From the NCBI GenBank assembly GCA_040954595.2, contig CM082597.2, forward strand, positions 6,411,849 to 6,475,848: DNA of 64,000 nucleotides. The letters run 5' to 3'. Positions 48,521 through 63,500 of the stretch are shown here, one piece after another. The notes beneath the pieces were generated by a model. It did no database searches. It was not told the origin of the DNA and saw nothing but the letters and a program-made list of their open reading frames with translations. A program made the position numbers and the translations under genes. Each line of letters begins with the position of its first letter. The first letter of the stretch is position 1. Origin of the DNA: Balanoglossus misakiensis (taxonomy: Eukaryota; Animalia; Hemichordata).

Positions 48521-51500
48521 GTATGTTTGACACTGAACCCAAGTATTTGCTGAACTTTTTATCATGGGTCTAATGAGTGGGTGGGTGTGATTTTACAAGC
48601 CCCTCTGAGCTGTGGATAGGGGTCAATTGTTTGGAGTCAGATTGCCCTGTATTGTTTGTTGTATCAGATTAGAGTAAATGCAAATCGATAACTTGCGTCT
48701 GGGGTCGCCATGTGTACTGCACAGTTCTTCCATACACATGATACATGAGGTTGTAAATAACTGAGAACCCCCCCCCCCCTCCCCTCTCCCCGAATATTCA
48801 GTCATTGGTGAAGACAAGATGTTTTTAGTGATCGTACAAATATGCAGACTTGACACGAGTTTGGGAATATCCCCGACGAGTGTGAGAAATATAATCCCAG
48901 GCCTTTGGTGTGTGAAGTTATATTTTTTACACGGCCAAAAATTAGCCAAATTCGTTTCAAACCATTGAATAAATGACTCTGGAACTGTCGTCTGCTACAT
49001 TGTGGTCTCTGTCCCTGTAATAGTACACATCGCGCCATTGGATAACATTTAGTGCACGTTCCTAATTGAACACTTCGTCAACCAATCAGCGCTCGCCTCA
49101 TATACAGCTTTCGATTCAGTGAGAGTTTGGGATCGATTTGTTCTCACACTCTGTTCTCACACTCCCAATGTGCCAGGAGTGTTAGAAATAGAATTCCCGG
49201 CGACATGCGTCTAATGCCGGGAACACACAAACCTGTTCGCTGAGCTACCTGCTACGGTGCTTCCCTTCTCTGCCCTACAAATGCATTGATTGAATTGAAC
49301 TGAATAATCTGTCTAAGGTATGTAAATACATGTACGTGGACCTGGTAAAGTAGCATTTAGTGAAGGAACAATCAGGGTTTTCATTCATGGATCTTGTGAA
49401 GTCACTTTGCATAGCTTTCCATGTGTAACTATGGCAACCAATTGGCTGATATCAACCTTAAGCTATCTGGTAACTTATGGTAACTAAAATGCAACAGTTA
49501 TAAATGCAATAGTTATGACAGCCAAGAGTATGAACAATTTGTTGAATGTGCTGAAGAAACTGATTTTTCTCCATACATGCTATGATACTGGCGTGTGTCA
49601 TTCTCAAAAATAAAACATTTCACTAGCCCCTGTCGCGATCTATTGACCCTTGCCCTCGCAGATTGACCTTTGTGTTGGTCACTTGTAATTTGCATACAGC
49701 TGTTAAAGGGACAAAGTCTCTCTCTCGGTGCCCTTTTTCCATTGATACAAGACACTGTTTCTGTTATTCTACACGTGGATACATATATAGTAAATCAACG
49801 CTCAACTGCACACAACTTCCATCCCGTTTGTAGGATATGAGAGTAAAAATTTTGTCAAAATGAATAAATGGTAGCGACTGATTATTCATTTTGACGAGTT
49901 TTTCACTCTGGTGTCTACAAGTGGGATGGAAGTTGTGTGTGATCAAATGTTGATTCACTATATATCCACATGTAGAATAACATAAAGCTTGTCTTGTATC
50001 AAACATAATTAATGGAAAGAGGGCAGCGAGAGAGAGACTTTGTCCCTTTAATACCTATATAAACTTAAAAATGTACTGGCTCATTCTATAAATTACCCTA
50101 TTAGTATAATTTTTCTTTTTTTTTAAATTAGCAAAAAAACATCAATTTAATACAAGCTCTAAATTGAAATTAGCAACTTTATAAAGTAGTTAGCCTGAAA
50201 ATGTTTATCTCTGTCGAGTTGTTGACTGAAACTTCGGTGAAGCTTTGCTGTGAATGATCAGTAAATACAAACTTGTGTATTCTGTATTTGTGTCTATTGA
50301 GATCCAGTGGACAGTGCTTATCAGCAGCATGGCTCCTGGATTGCAGGACAAAGACTTGTGTAGTGGTTGAATGAAACTGTGTTATGTAATGAAATCAAGA
50401 GTGAAAGAAAATGAAAGACTTTTGTGGAATGCAGATGTGTGCAGGCTCACCTAAAGCTCTATACTCTCTGAAGTAAAAGCATTTACTGTAAAACGGGTTA
50501 TTTTCACAACAGGAAATTTTCACGATATCAAAGGAGACAACTGTTATGCAAGGATTAATTTTGGCTTTCTCTTATTTTACTGGATAGTTATCTCCGAAAA
50601 AACATTTTACGCGACTTTTTATTTTCACGTTTTTTGGGCTCTTGCGTATTTCACAAAAATTTATTGCTCGCGAAAATAACCTGTTTTACAGTATTTTCGC
50701 TGAGATTTAATGTCATTGTTTTGTTGTTTGAAGCAAAATTATCAGGTTTTTAACATTCGCATATTTTAGCTACTTAAACGGTGAGTTCAACTTCTCATTG
50801 TAATTTTACGTTGTCACTGGGATTTAGTGTAGTGGGTTTTTTCAATCAGAGAAAATAGTGAAATTGAAATCCAGCGAAACATTAATGATGTATGTTCGTA
50901 CGTATAATCATTCACGCCTCATCTTAGTTTCATTGTATGAAACTTCAGTATGTCTTAAAATCACTGAAAAAATCTGTAAATCACAGTTTGAATGCTCACC
51001 TCACAACCTCACAACCCCCCCCCCCCCTCCTCTAAAATCCCTGCAGGTTACATGCATGACTGAGTATTCTCCCCTGAGCAATTAAAGCATAGTGGCCACT
51101 GCTCTTTCATTGTGAGAAGACAATAGCACTTAATTAACATAACAATAATTTACATTGTTCTACAGTGAGAAAGAGACCCTGAATGCAGCAAAAATTAAGC
51201 CACCTGTTGCTTGGCGCATCTTCAGTATGTAGTTTTCAGATCTTCTTTGCTTCTCCATTGCAGAGTGCACTGTTGTGGAGTTGCATCTAAATGGGGGTGG
51301 GGGGGGGGGTGGGTTTACCCCCTGTTGACATGTTGGCAAGTTCTCTATCACTTACATGTACATGTTACAGATATTGCATTCCCCCTTGCCAGAGTGGAAT
51401 CCCCCCTGAAATATTCTGGCAAAGGGGAAATATCCCCCCTGTTGATGCCATCCTATATGGAACACTGACCACTAGCAGTTAGTGAGCAGGGGCAAATAGT

Positions 51501-54500
51501 GACAAACCAGATTCGAGACTACGACTCGTCGCTCTGCTCCTAGCCATGCCCAAGTTGTTCGCTTCCAGGATATTCATGAGCCAAACTCACCCAGGAAGCT
51601 TACAGCCCAGTCTAGGCTCAAAATAAAGGTCTACTCACTTGGGGTCACACCATGTCATTTATTTAGCTGCACTACCTACAGTTCAGATAATTATTTATTA
51701 TCATTATTATTAAAAATTGTTTAAAATGCACTACACATACATCATAGCGCATTGCACATAGCTAAAAATGCATGTAAAATAATGCAGTATTCTCCCTAGG
51801 AATTCTAATACTGTAATACATTGTAGTTAACAATAACACCAATTGTTATGGTAATTGAGTTCTCTTATTTGGCCCAAATTGAAGTGTAATGGTTATATAC
51901 ATTTGTATAATGATCAGTGTGCTTTGATTTCTCTTTGGGGGGGGGGGGGGGGGGGGGCAATGAATGTATGACGTTTCAGGCAAAAATATGTTTTTCAGTG
52001 ATTACTAGGTGATGATTGCTTGAAATATTCTTTATCAGATTTATTCTGAATTTGGACAAAAATGGCTACTATTTTAATATTATAGATATCTATAAATTAT
52101 ATACATTCATAGGAATCTGTTAATCACTCTTACATGTAGACAGTATGGCTGGCATTTCGTTGAAAATTGATCAGTATGAGACCAGATTAATAATAGCAAC
52201 ATGCCTTTAAGTTTAATTTAAACCCTCATGGTTCAGTCCAAACCTATTGTTTTCTATGGTAAAGTTGGACCTCTGGAGAGGGAACCGGGGGTGAAAGGGT
52301 TGTATGTGACTACAGATAATTTTGAGCCCTCAATCAGAAATGACCAATATGGCTGCCGGATTACCCTGAAGCAATGCTGTATTTACTGATTGGATAATGA
52401 ACTTTGTAAACAAAGTTATCAACTCAACAAACAAACCTACAATATTTAATCAGGATGATAAGATAACTGTTCTACTAGATAGGGTGTATGTCATTGTATG
52501 GGGGTCACACACACACCATTAAAACAGTTCAGATTGGAAACCAAAAGCCCTCAGGGCCTATAAACTCTGTGTGTGTGGACACAAGGCGACTCAAAGGATT
52601 AATGCTCTGTGTTTACCATAGGCAAATAGTGTCTCAAATTTTTCCCTGTGTGAACCTGGTATCTGGTCCTTACATGTACATGTAGATCAACCTCTTTCAG
52701 TTTGTATTGATTCCCCCACTGCACCAAGCCTTCAGGCTCCATTCATGGCCTTGTCTTCACCCATAGTCGAGCTGACGACCCGTGCAAGTGGATAATGTTC
52801 ATGGCCAAGTACAAGTACAATGTACAGATTTACCCATGACCCCTTCTGGTTTGTCCATTTGTACACATGACCCCATTTGCCCTTCCATCCATTGTGACTC
52901 ACATTGTAGCATATCTGCACAACTTGCAAGACTTTGCAAAAGAAACAGCAAGTTTAGCACAAAGCTTACTTTTAAAGACAGCCATAATGCTTGTCACATG
53001 GCTTGCAGTTTAAATATTTTTTTCTCTCACTCACTGACTTATACTTCCACTTTGATCATTTAGATATATGATCAATTACTATTTAGGAAACTTCAATGTG
53101 ACTGATCGATTTTTTCTTGGTGGTTCTTATTGTACGTTCGCTTGTAAATTCCAACATTAATTATTATAAGTTTCTCATTAAACATCCAGCCAATGAGGGA
53201 AAAAAAGCATATCTGCACTACTGCATATGTTAATTAACATAATGAGTAATTAAAGTGAAAGGGTCGTCGCCCCGTGTTTGTTTGTTTATAAACATTACAA
53301 TTCAACCACAAATCCATGAAATTAGATAATTCTTAGAATGAACGAAGCAGCCAACCGTAGCATAGACTGGGCATCATGACAGCAAATGAAGATCCTAGTA
53401 GGTCGTGGCGACTGCAGTGAGGTTTGTGCTGGTACACATGTATGGGAGGACATATTCTCATCAAGGGGGGACACCCACGCGGCGCGACGACCCCTTCCCT
53501 TTAAGAAGCACTTTGAGTAAATCCTAACAGCATTAAATTGTCATTAATCCATCCAAACAATGAAAAACAAAATTTACATTCAAAAAGTAAAAAATGTTGT
53601 GGTCATGGTTCGATGACCTTGGTGTGACCTCAGTGGTGTTCAGTACAGTTTATTTCTACCGAGGCCTTCAGCCATTCCTTGCACATACCCCAAACAGTCC
53701 GTTAGGTCAAAAGTTAGACGAAGATGTAGTCATGCACAGATACTATAATAATTTACATTTGCCTCACAACTCACATCAGCAGTTTCTTTCTGAGCGGACT
53801 TTAAACAAATGTCTTTATAAATATTTTGTGTACTTTCACTACCTGTTTATTGAGTTTTCTCCCAAGAAGCTTATGATAGCAATGGGTAGCTAATTGATAT
53901 AAAAATAATAGTGATTGTTATGATAATGAAGTTCCATTGTTTTGCTCAAATTAGAGAGTGGTAGCCACCTTGCATTAATTGATCTGGAGAGAAGAATTAG
54001 ATATTGTAAAACAACAATTATATAGTGTAACAATAACATGGCCACAAATACATTGTTGTGATTGGTTGAGAGCCAGTTTTAATTCATGCAAGCCATGGTT
54101 AAATAAAGCATAATGCACTGTTGAATGTAATGTTTGGGATTTTGTATTAACCCAACTTGATCCATCATTTTGACAGGGCCCCTGGCACAGTTTGAATGAA
54201 AACCATAATATTTAAATATTAATATCTGTCCAATTTTCCATTAATTATGTTTGATACAAGACACTGTTTATGTTACTTGTAATTTTCTTTTGTTATAACA
54301 GTTTCATTTCTTTGGCACAGTTTCAATGAAAACCATAATATTTAAATATTAATCTCTGTCTATTTTCCAGTGGTCCTCATGTGTGTTCTTCTGCAAGTGG
54401 TGCTAAGATTTGTTGTACAGGATGGAGGCCGACTCGAGGAAGTGGATTGTGTCTTATACGTAAGTATATACTATCAAACCCTGTTAGTGGCCACCTCTAT

Positions 54501-57500
54501 ATAGCAGTCACCTGTAGATAGTGGCCACTTTGTTTCAGTCCCTTTGCAATTCACATGTGCATTAATTGACTTGTCTATAAGGCCACCTGTCTATAAAGGC
54601 CAGTTAAAGGGGAAATCCGCTGTAGCTGATTTCTACATAATTTGGTAGCTTTGATGTCTCTCTTTCAGAAAAAAACATATTCGCCATGTATAGGTCGCGC
54701 GAATGTTTACAAAATCTAGGGAAAGTTGGCAATATGGCGTTTACTGTAATTTGAATCATGGGAAAAAAAGCGCCAGGAGCAACTTCCGCCCACCATGGTG
54801 TGGGTGATACCATTCTCCGATTGGTGTCACTGGTCGACAGACTAGGCGTATTTTCATAGCTATTGTTTGTTCTTTGCATCAGTTGATAAACAATCATCAG
54901 CAAAGTCGAAAATTTGTCATCTATTGACAGTTTTCATGAGCTATAACCCATGAAAAATATGCAAATACGCTTAGCTTGTGACACAGTGACACCAATCGGA
55001 AAATGGTATCACCCACACCAAGGTGGGCGGAAGTTGGTCCTGGCGCTTTTTTTTCCATGATTCAAATTACAGTAAACGCCATATTGGAAATTCTGCCAAC
55101 TTTCCCTACATTTTGTAAAAAATCGCGCGACTTATACATGGCGAATATGTTTTTTTCTGAAAGAGAGACATCAAAGCTACCAAATTATGTAGAAATCAGC
55201 TACAGCGGATTTCCCCTTTAAGGAAAGTCCCTTTAATCCTCGCGTAACAGTTGTCTATTTTGATATCACAAAAATTTCCTGTTGCGAAAATAAACCGTTT
55301 TACTTGCTATCAAATAATGTCAGACGTGCTCAGGCGGCAGTTACGTTGGCATTCAAATTTCCAGATGACAGGCAACTTCAACAATGTGGTGCAGACAAAG
55401 GCTGTGGAGACGAAACTCCATGACGTTTATAAGGCACCATACATGATACATGTTAGGTGTCTGGTGGTTTTAAAGTAAAAACATACTCGGAAAAACTCTT
55501 ACTGGATGCCGAAATATTGCTTGCCCGTCATCTGGAAATGACAATGCCGTGGGTCACATACATTGTAGCCAGATCATGTGATTGATAGTAAAGAATATAT
55601 TCTGTTATTTTCCTTTTCCCAGCAACGTGTGTAAATGGATGCGGGGAGGGAGTCTGTTCCAGTCCCAACATGTGCACACATTGTGAGTCCACATCCCAAG
55701 GGACGAAATGTCGTGTCACTCTGTCAACACATCACTCGGAGCAACCATCTACATTCCAGTCGTCGGATCATGGCCCACCACCAAGTCATCAGTCCGATCA
55801 ACCATCAAGCCGTCAATCTGATGGACCAAGTCTTTTCACAAGTTGGATAGGTGCGTATCTTTTTAGTTAAAGGGACAAAGTCTCTCTCTCGCTACCCTTT
55901 CCCCATTCATTATGTTTGATACAAGACACCGTGTAGGTTACTCTACATGTGGATATATAGTGAATCAACGTTCAACCACACACAACGCGTGTATGATATG
56001 AGAGTAAAACCTCGCCCAACATGAATAAATGATAGAGAATGATTAATATTCATTTTGGTGATTTTTTCACTCTCGTGTCTACAAATGGGACGGAACGGTG
56101 TCTTGTATGAAACATTATTAATGGAAAAAGGGCAGCAAGAGACAGACTTTGTCCATTTAATGCCATATTATTATAATATTATTATATTTTATTTTGGACT
56201 CATGGTCCATATAACAGACAGAAAGATTTGGTGAAAAATATAAATTATGTGAACTATTTGAATGAGTGAAACCAGCGGAGGTACATGCACCCCATCGATT
56301 AAAAATCTGCTGAGTAGGTTATCAACTCAGAAGAAATCTAACATACATGTACTGTGTTCAACTGGAGATCATCTCGAGAACTTCTGCATGTATACTAACA
56401 AACAGTAGGCTTGTTATGACCAAAAATTATCATGGGGTGTAGAACCAGACCTAAAGCATAGCTACATTTGTATAAATCTATCAGTCTCATTCCTGAGCTG
56501 TTATTATTTAACGACATAGTCTTCCTGACTTTCATTTCAGATAAAAAATCATTCCGGGACACAGACTCCGGCACTCTATCCGGTTCCCAGAGACAGTCGG
56601 GATTACCCAGGCAAATCATTGATTCACCAGAGTACTCATCACAGCCACAAAACTCGCGGCCAGTACAATTGTCATGGCAACAGAGACAACCTACATTTGA
56701 ACAAGCGTCATTTCCCAGCAGGGCAGACCAGACGGGCAGTAGGTACGTCTCCCAGACAGAAAATCAACGCTATCCAGTTCCACAGCGACAGCAAACTTCT
56801 TATTCACACTCGGAGTCTGGTACAGGCACCCGTACATTCCAAAGCCAGTTTCCGTCACAACCGCAGGAATCACCATGGCAACAGGGCCAGTATCCGTCAC
56901 AACCGCAGGGGTCACCATGGCAACAGGGCCAGTATCCATCCCAACCGCAGGAGTCACCATGGCAACAGGGCCAATATCCATCCCAACCACATGAGTCACC
57001 ATGGCAACAGGGCCAGTCACCATCACAGCCACAAGGATCGCCGTGGCTACAGGGCCGGCCAATTGGCCAAGAGTTGCGCTCAAGCGAAGGCGAGGTTTTT
57101 GAGGGTCGGTATTTGACCCAGCCGGGAAAACCTGGCTTGATAGAAATACTCGGAGGAGATGAAGACGAGATTGAAGACAGTGTGATAGTGGAGACGGAGG
57201 AAGATGAGGACGACGTCTTCCAGACTCGCTTTCTATCACAACCCCAGACACCGCAGAGAATTGGAATCCGACAATTCTCACCTCAGGATAATTCTGGTCA
57301 AGGGCAAGCACCGTGGCAACAGCAACCAAACGGAGACAGTTGTTTGAACTATGGTTGTGAGCAAAGCTGCAACATGGAAAGTTTTCGCCCTGTGTGTTCG
57401 TGTCCTCCTGGGTATGTTATCTCCAGTGATGGCCGGCGATGTAATGGTGAGTGGTTGATGTTTGTCATATCGCTATTATAATTTAGGTGTACAAAAACGC

Positions 57501-60500
57501 AGCATTAACCCTAATGCTACTGTGTGTCATACATGTACCTGTTTAGAGTGTCAAGTCCCTTAAAATACGTATTTGCCATTTTTTCTTCTAAAACATATTT
57601 TGACTGTCTTGACATGGCTCTCATACGTACTTAGACACACTTGGCAGTCTGAGCCCCCTGTAAAATGTTCCAAATCGCACTGGTTTGCACTGTATTGGTC
57701 TGAGGGTCTTGTATAGGCCCTACTGATTAACACACACTTGGCAGTCTTACAGGCCTGGGAGCCAGGATTCTAGGCACCCTGAAAATCAAACCAGTTTCAA
57801 CTGACTTGGCTGCATTAGGGTTAAAATAGAAATTCACATACCTATAAGTTATTTTATTTACAAATCCTGAGTCTGAAAAGACACTTTTCACTCTGTAGCT
57901 GAGGCATGAAACAAAAGGCAGTCACATCAGTTTGCAACAATTTAACAAAGTCATTACAATCTACGTACATTGTCCATTGGCAGACTGATGGGGCTCCTTC
58001 TAGTGTTGCTATGACAACTTGCTGGACTAACAACAGACTTTTCAGATTGAACACATCTCTAGAGACTTTGCCATCATGTGACCATGATACTCACTTGAAT
58101 CTTTGAAACCTGTTTGTATTTGTGTCTTGTGACAGAATTAACATATTTATTCTTGTGGGACTGAATACAACTGTAGAGACAGTTCTGTTTCAGTCCTTCA
58201 CACCATACATGTACATTACATGCCTCAATAAACATGAATAGAAAGTTTTTGGATATGGTATAACTTTTCATGTGTAACTCAGGGGAACTTTCGCAGTATT
58301 TTTGTTTCAGGTATCAACTATGGTTTCTTGTTCTACTCTCAGTATTTGGTTTTTCAACATAGCCCTTTTGTAGTAATCAGCATTGTTATTACTGCTGAAT
58401 GCTGAATTTAAGTCCGGACAATAATTTATTTGTCAACAAAAACAATTATAAAGGTATCCTGAGAAGAACAAGAAACTGGAGTTGATACACAAGAGAAAAA
58501 TTCTGAAAAATTTGGAGTTACTGGGGCTTTAATGTTTCATCGTCTCTTACAGATATTGATGAATGCAGTCGCTATCGAAGCCAAGGCCTTTGTCAACATG
58601 GTTGTCAGAACACTCTGGGTGGATTTCGGTGCTCCTGTCGTCAAGGTTACGGCTTGCAAGCAAACAGACGTTCATGTTCCAGCTCTCACATGTCTAGCGT
58701 AGTCAGTGGAATCTCTGGGAGAGTTGTTGGTATACAAGTACGTCTGCCAGGTTTGTTTTTCACATTGTTTTACGGTCTGCCAATTTTAACCCTTTCACCC
58801 CTGTTTCCCTTTCTAAAGGTCTGATTTTACAAGTAAACAATGGATTTGGACCAAACCATGGCGGGGAAAGGGTTAAAATAATAATAATAATAGTCTGGCA
58901 ATTTTAACCCTTTCACTCCTGTTTCCTTCTGTAAAGGGCGACGGTCGTCTTATGTGTAGAGCCAAACCAGAGACTCTGGTTATAAAAAATTGTATACAGT
59001 CAATGCTATAGGGGAGTGTGCTGTCCTAACAACAGACAAGAATGGCGGCAACCATAGTCTGTTCGGAGATCAGGAAAAGACAGCAAATTGGTTTAAACGA
59101 AGGGACAAAACCAAAGTCTACTTATACGGTGCACATGGAATATGTAAGGAAGCCAAACAGTCCACTATTTGAATGTGTTGAATGCAAAATTTGCAGAACA
59201 TTTGGATTTTACGTAATGTATGTACACACAAAATTACATGCAAGCGCATAAGACGATCATTGGCCTGTAACATAACTATATACAAATGTTTGACATGAAT
59301 TGTCATAGTACATTCTCCTTCTACCAACTTACAGGGGTAAGTCGGGAAGGCTGATGTTATGTGTCAGAGTTGTCAAAGGAGATGGGTTATCTAATACTCA
59401 GTAATAGAAGCCATTTTCACCAAACACCGAATCATAAAATATGCAAGGTTCCCAAATGGCACAATACCTATAAATCATTTCCTATGGAAGACAATGATTG
59501 CGTTGAGCTAAATATTCCTATTCCTAGAAACGGTCAGCAGGTCAAATCCCATAGACTGCAGTAAGAACAAGGTTTGGGTACTCTGGCCAAGTTTTCATGC
59601 TGGCAACTCCATTGATTGTTTTGCCGGTCTAAATAGCGCCCTCAGTGGTGATTTTGACTAAATGAAAGCCAAAATTTTGTGGCTATTTCAGCAGTTCATG
59701 TGTCATATAATGCAACTTATGTGACAAACTCAAAATTGCAGCTAGTAGTTTATAAACATTTGCTTTTATTATATGAGAGTAAAAACTCGCCAAAAATGAA
59801 TAAATGATAGAGAACGATTATTCATTTTGGTGAGTTTTTCACTCTCATGTCTACAAGCGGATGGAAGATGTGTGTGGTTGAACGTAGATTCACTATACAT
59901 GTATATCCACATGAAGAATAACATAAACAGTGTCTTGTATCAAACATAATCAATAAAAAAAGGCAGCAAGAGAGAGACTTTGTCCCTTTAAGAGCATCTT
60001 ATTATATAATTTGACAGGAATCCATGTTAATGTACCAAGACCCTCATCGGAATGTGGTTCCCCTTTGTACGGAAATCCGCAATATGGATGGACGCGTTGT
60101 TCAGGTAAGCAATGAAAATATAACCTATGGTGAATTCATTACCAGAATATATCAGTTAAATTCAACAATGGCTACACAGAAGGCCAATTTGGGAATCTGT
60201 ATTTGACAAGTACTCCGAACATTCAAAGTATTGCTGCTTGAAGATCGAACATGAAAGACAAATGTAAAAATGACATTATTTTCTCACACCTTGCTGCTGT
60301 GAGTGCATGTGGGACTGGATCGAGAGTGTGAGAATAATATTTCTCACACGGCCACAAATTAGCCAAATTCGTATTAGAAATATTTAATAATTGACTGTGT
60401 AACTGTCGTCTGGCGTGGTTTAGTTTGCATCCATGTAATACCCATCAGGCCATTGGATAACATTTAGTGCGCATTAATTAAAGAACGCTTTGTCATCCAA

Positions 60501-63500
60501 TCAGCGCTCACATCATATACAGCTTTCGATTCAGTGAGAATGTGAGAACAATTTGTTCTCACACTCTGTTCTCAAACTCTCAGCATGCCAGGAGTGTGAG
60601 AATCTATTGAGATCTACGAGTTTGAAATCTTAGGTGAAGAGTTTATCAATTTCACTGCCAACCCTGTTGGGCATTCTGGGATATGTGTACATGCCAAAGC
60701 ACAAACAGTTATGACCTGACAGCTCAGTTTGTAGATCATTTCTACAAATCCACAAAGAAACTGAAAGTTTAGAAAAATCGTGTCTGTTAGAAATATTAGA
60801 AATAATACTTATTTTCAAACCCATGTGAAGTTGTTCAGTTTGGGGAAATTTTTAAAGGAAGGGAGGATTGGTATGAACTTAAATAATTTATACAACGGAC
60901 GTTTTTTTCTTTTCAGATGTGAATGAGTGTTCAGATTCTGTTTGTGCTGGAGGTTGTCTCAATGCAGAGGGTGGATTCAGTTGTAATTGTGGTGGTGGAT
61001 TTTCTCTGAGTGCAGATCATGTCAGTTGTTTAGGTAAGTTTTTTTTAGAGGAAGGGTGGGGGGAGATAGGCCATCAATGGCTAGGCATTTCCTGCCTCAA
61101 GAGGGCGCCTTCACATATTAAAAACAGAAAATTATTAAAAGTTATCAGGCACTTTCCGTACATAGTAATTTCAAAAAAGTTTTTAACTCTTCTTAATAAC
61201 TTTTCAAATTGGTCAGATGCATAGTTGAGGTGTTGAGCGATGGCTTGCAATTTATCCAAAAGTTTAGCAATAAAAGAAATCAGTTATTCTACTTGGAATG
61301 GGTCAAAGCAAATGATGTTGGATCGTTGCCAAATTGAATGCATTGAGGTCTGTCATCTCCACACAACTACAGTAGATTTGACAAGTTGGAGTTATAACTT
61401 GACCTGTGATGATTTTCAAGAGCACTCAAACAAAGAGGCTAATCTATCATTTTATCATTGAATTTTTAACTTCAAAAAGATGCAGTTTAGTTTGTTGTCT
61501 TGTGCATGGTATTTTTGGGTTGCAGAACACTGGCCTGTGAAAAGTAATGTGGTTACTACATTGTTTGTTTATAAGTATACTGGTACAAATCAACATATTA
61601 TATGACCAAGTTATATGCCAGATATTTATTAAATGTCGCACAATTTTGGTCTCTTTTCATGAATGTACACTCAGAAGGACGACTTAAATTCAGATGTATT
61701 CATTCAAACACAATTTATCATATTTGTGTTTTCCCCACAGATGACAATGAGTGCGATCAAGCTGGTTGGTCGCCATGCCAACAAGTGTGTTACAACACAC
61801 CAGGCAGCTACCAGTGTGCCTGCAGACCAGGGTTTAAGTTGCACAGAAATCAACATACATGTGTTGGTGAGTATCTATAATTTTGAAGAGAAATTTAAGT
61901 GCCTAGCTCATCTCACACGCATGCGCGTAACGTCCCTTCACGACAGTTTTCCCTGTGTGTAGCCAGACAATTTTCCGTTCGATGCATTCAAATAGTGGAC
62001 TGTCTTCGCTTCTTGGAATTAAAGTTTGGTTCAACTCAAACGCCTCCAGTTGACCATCTCACACTTCTGGCACTGGTGAGATTCAAACCAACGCCTTGAA
62101 ATAACTGCTGCCTTAAACCGCTTGACTGTAGGAAATGACTGCATGACAGTGATATCAATTCAGTTAACCTTAGTTAGTGCATGCAGCTCCTAGACATGGA
62201 CTAAAATTTGGTTCAACTCAAATGCCTCAAGTCCAGTTGACCATCTTTCACTGGTGGCAGCCCTGGGATTGGAATCCACGCTGTCAAAATGATCCACCAC
62301 AGAAACCACATCAATTTCACAAGATAAAAGTGAGACAGCAAATTCGCTTGTGGCAGCGGTTGGATTCAAACCAACACCATCAAAATGACTGGTGCCTAAA
62401 ACCGCATGACAGTGATGTCACAATGTGACAATGTTACATCAACAATACATAAGTTTGGTGATATTTTGTCTTAGATGATCAAATTGAGGCAAATTATCCC
62501 CATCTTGTTAGAAATCTGAGTCAAGGTGTCTTGGGTGTGAGATTCAAGTAGTCCAGAGTAGGCTTATCTTCAAAAGTCAATCCCTCAGTCAAGTATAAAT
62601 ACATCAGTTTGGGATATTTTGTCTCAAATTATCAAATTGGTGAATTTTGTAATAATTGGGAATAATTTCTTTGTACACTCCAGATACAACACCATAGTGG
62701 TGATAAAGTAATGATTGTAAATTATTTCTAATTTCTTCTTACCCTCCAGATATTAATGAATGTCACAGTGGTGGAAATGCATGTCAACACTATTGTCAGA
62801 ATACCCATGGTAGTTATCGCTGCGCTTGCAGACCAGGATTCTATCTGCTGGAGGATGGCCATACATGTGCCGGTAAGACTCACTTGTTTGTTCAACACTA
62901 TCTTTAAAGGGACAAAGTCTCTTTCCGCCGACCTGTTTCTATTAATTCTGTTTGATACAAGACACTGTTTATGTTAATCTACACGTCGATATATAGTGAG
63001 TCAATGTTCAACCACACACAACTTCCATCCCGCTTGTAGACACAAGAGTGAAAAAACTCGCCGAAATGAATAATCGGTGTTTACCATTTATTCATTTTAG
63101 CGAGTTTTTCACTCTCGTGTCTACAAGTGGGATAGAAGTTGTGTGTGGTCGAATGATGATTCACTATATATCCACATGTAGACAGAATAACATATATGGT
63201 GTCTTGTATCAAACATAATTAATGGAAAAAGGGCACAGAAAGAGAGACTTTGTCCCTTTAACTGGGAACTCTTTATTTATTGTTCCCTCATGTTCTGGGA
63301 CGATTCTATATTATCTCAAGGTTTGATTGGTATTTTAGTGACCATCTTTCTGAACTGTTTTGGTTCGTTTGGGGGTTTCAGACCATCTTTTTAAATGTAA
63401 TTTGTTATCCGTTTAGCTTTTACTTGAATTTTTATTTTTATTTTTTTCTGTGCAAAATGCACTGAGACAGATGTGTTTTGTGTAGTGAATAATAAATAAT

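Noticed and set aside
54183-54240. Duplicate of the VWCE-like exon 2 acceptor region
   Set aside because: The upstream copy ends TTTTCCA-TT with no AG and runs into a MITE fragment, so it is not a usable acceptor.
54604-55221. Similar ORFs (MVSPTP.WAEV.PGAFF...) on both strands and at 38668
   Set aside because: They are translations of the inverted arms of MITE family B.
56691-57329. 212-aa minus-strand repeat ORF
   Set aside because: It is the antisense shadow of the coding minisatellite exon; the plus frame has the EGF domain and splice sites.
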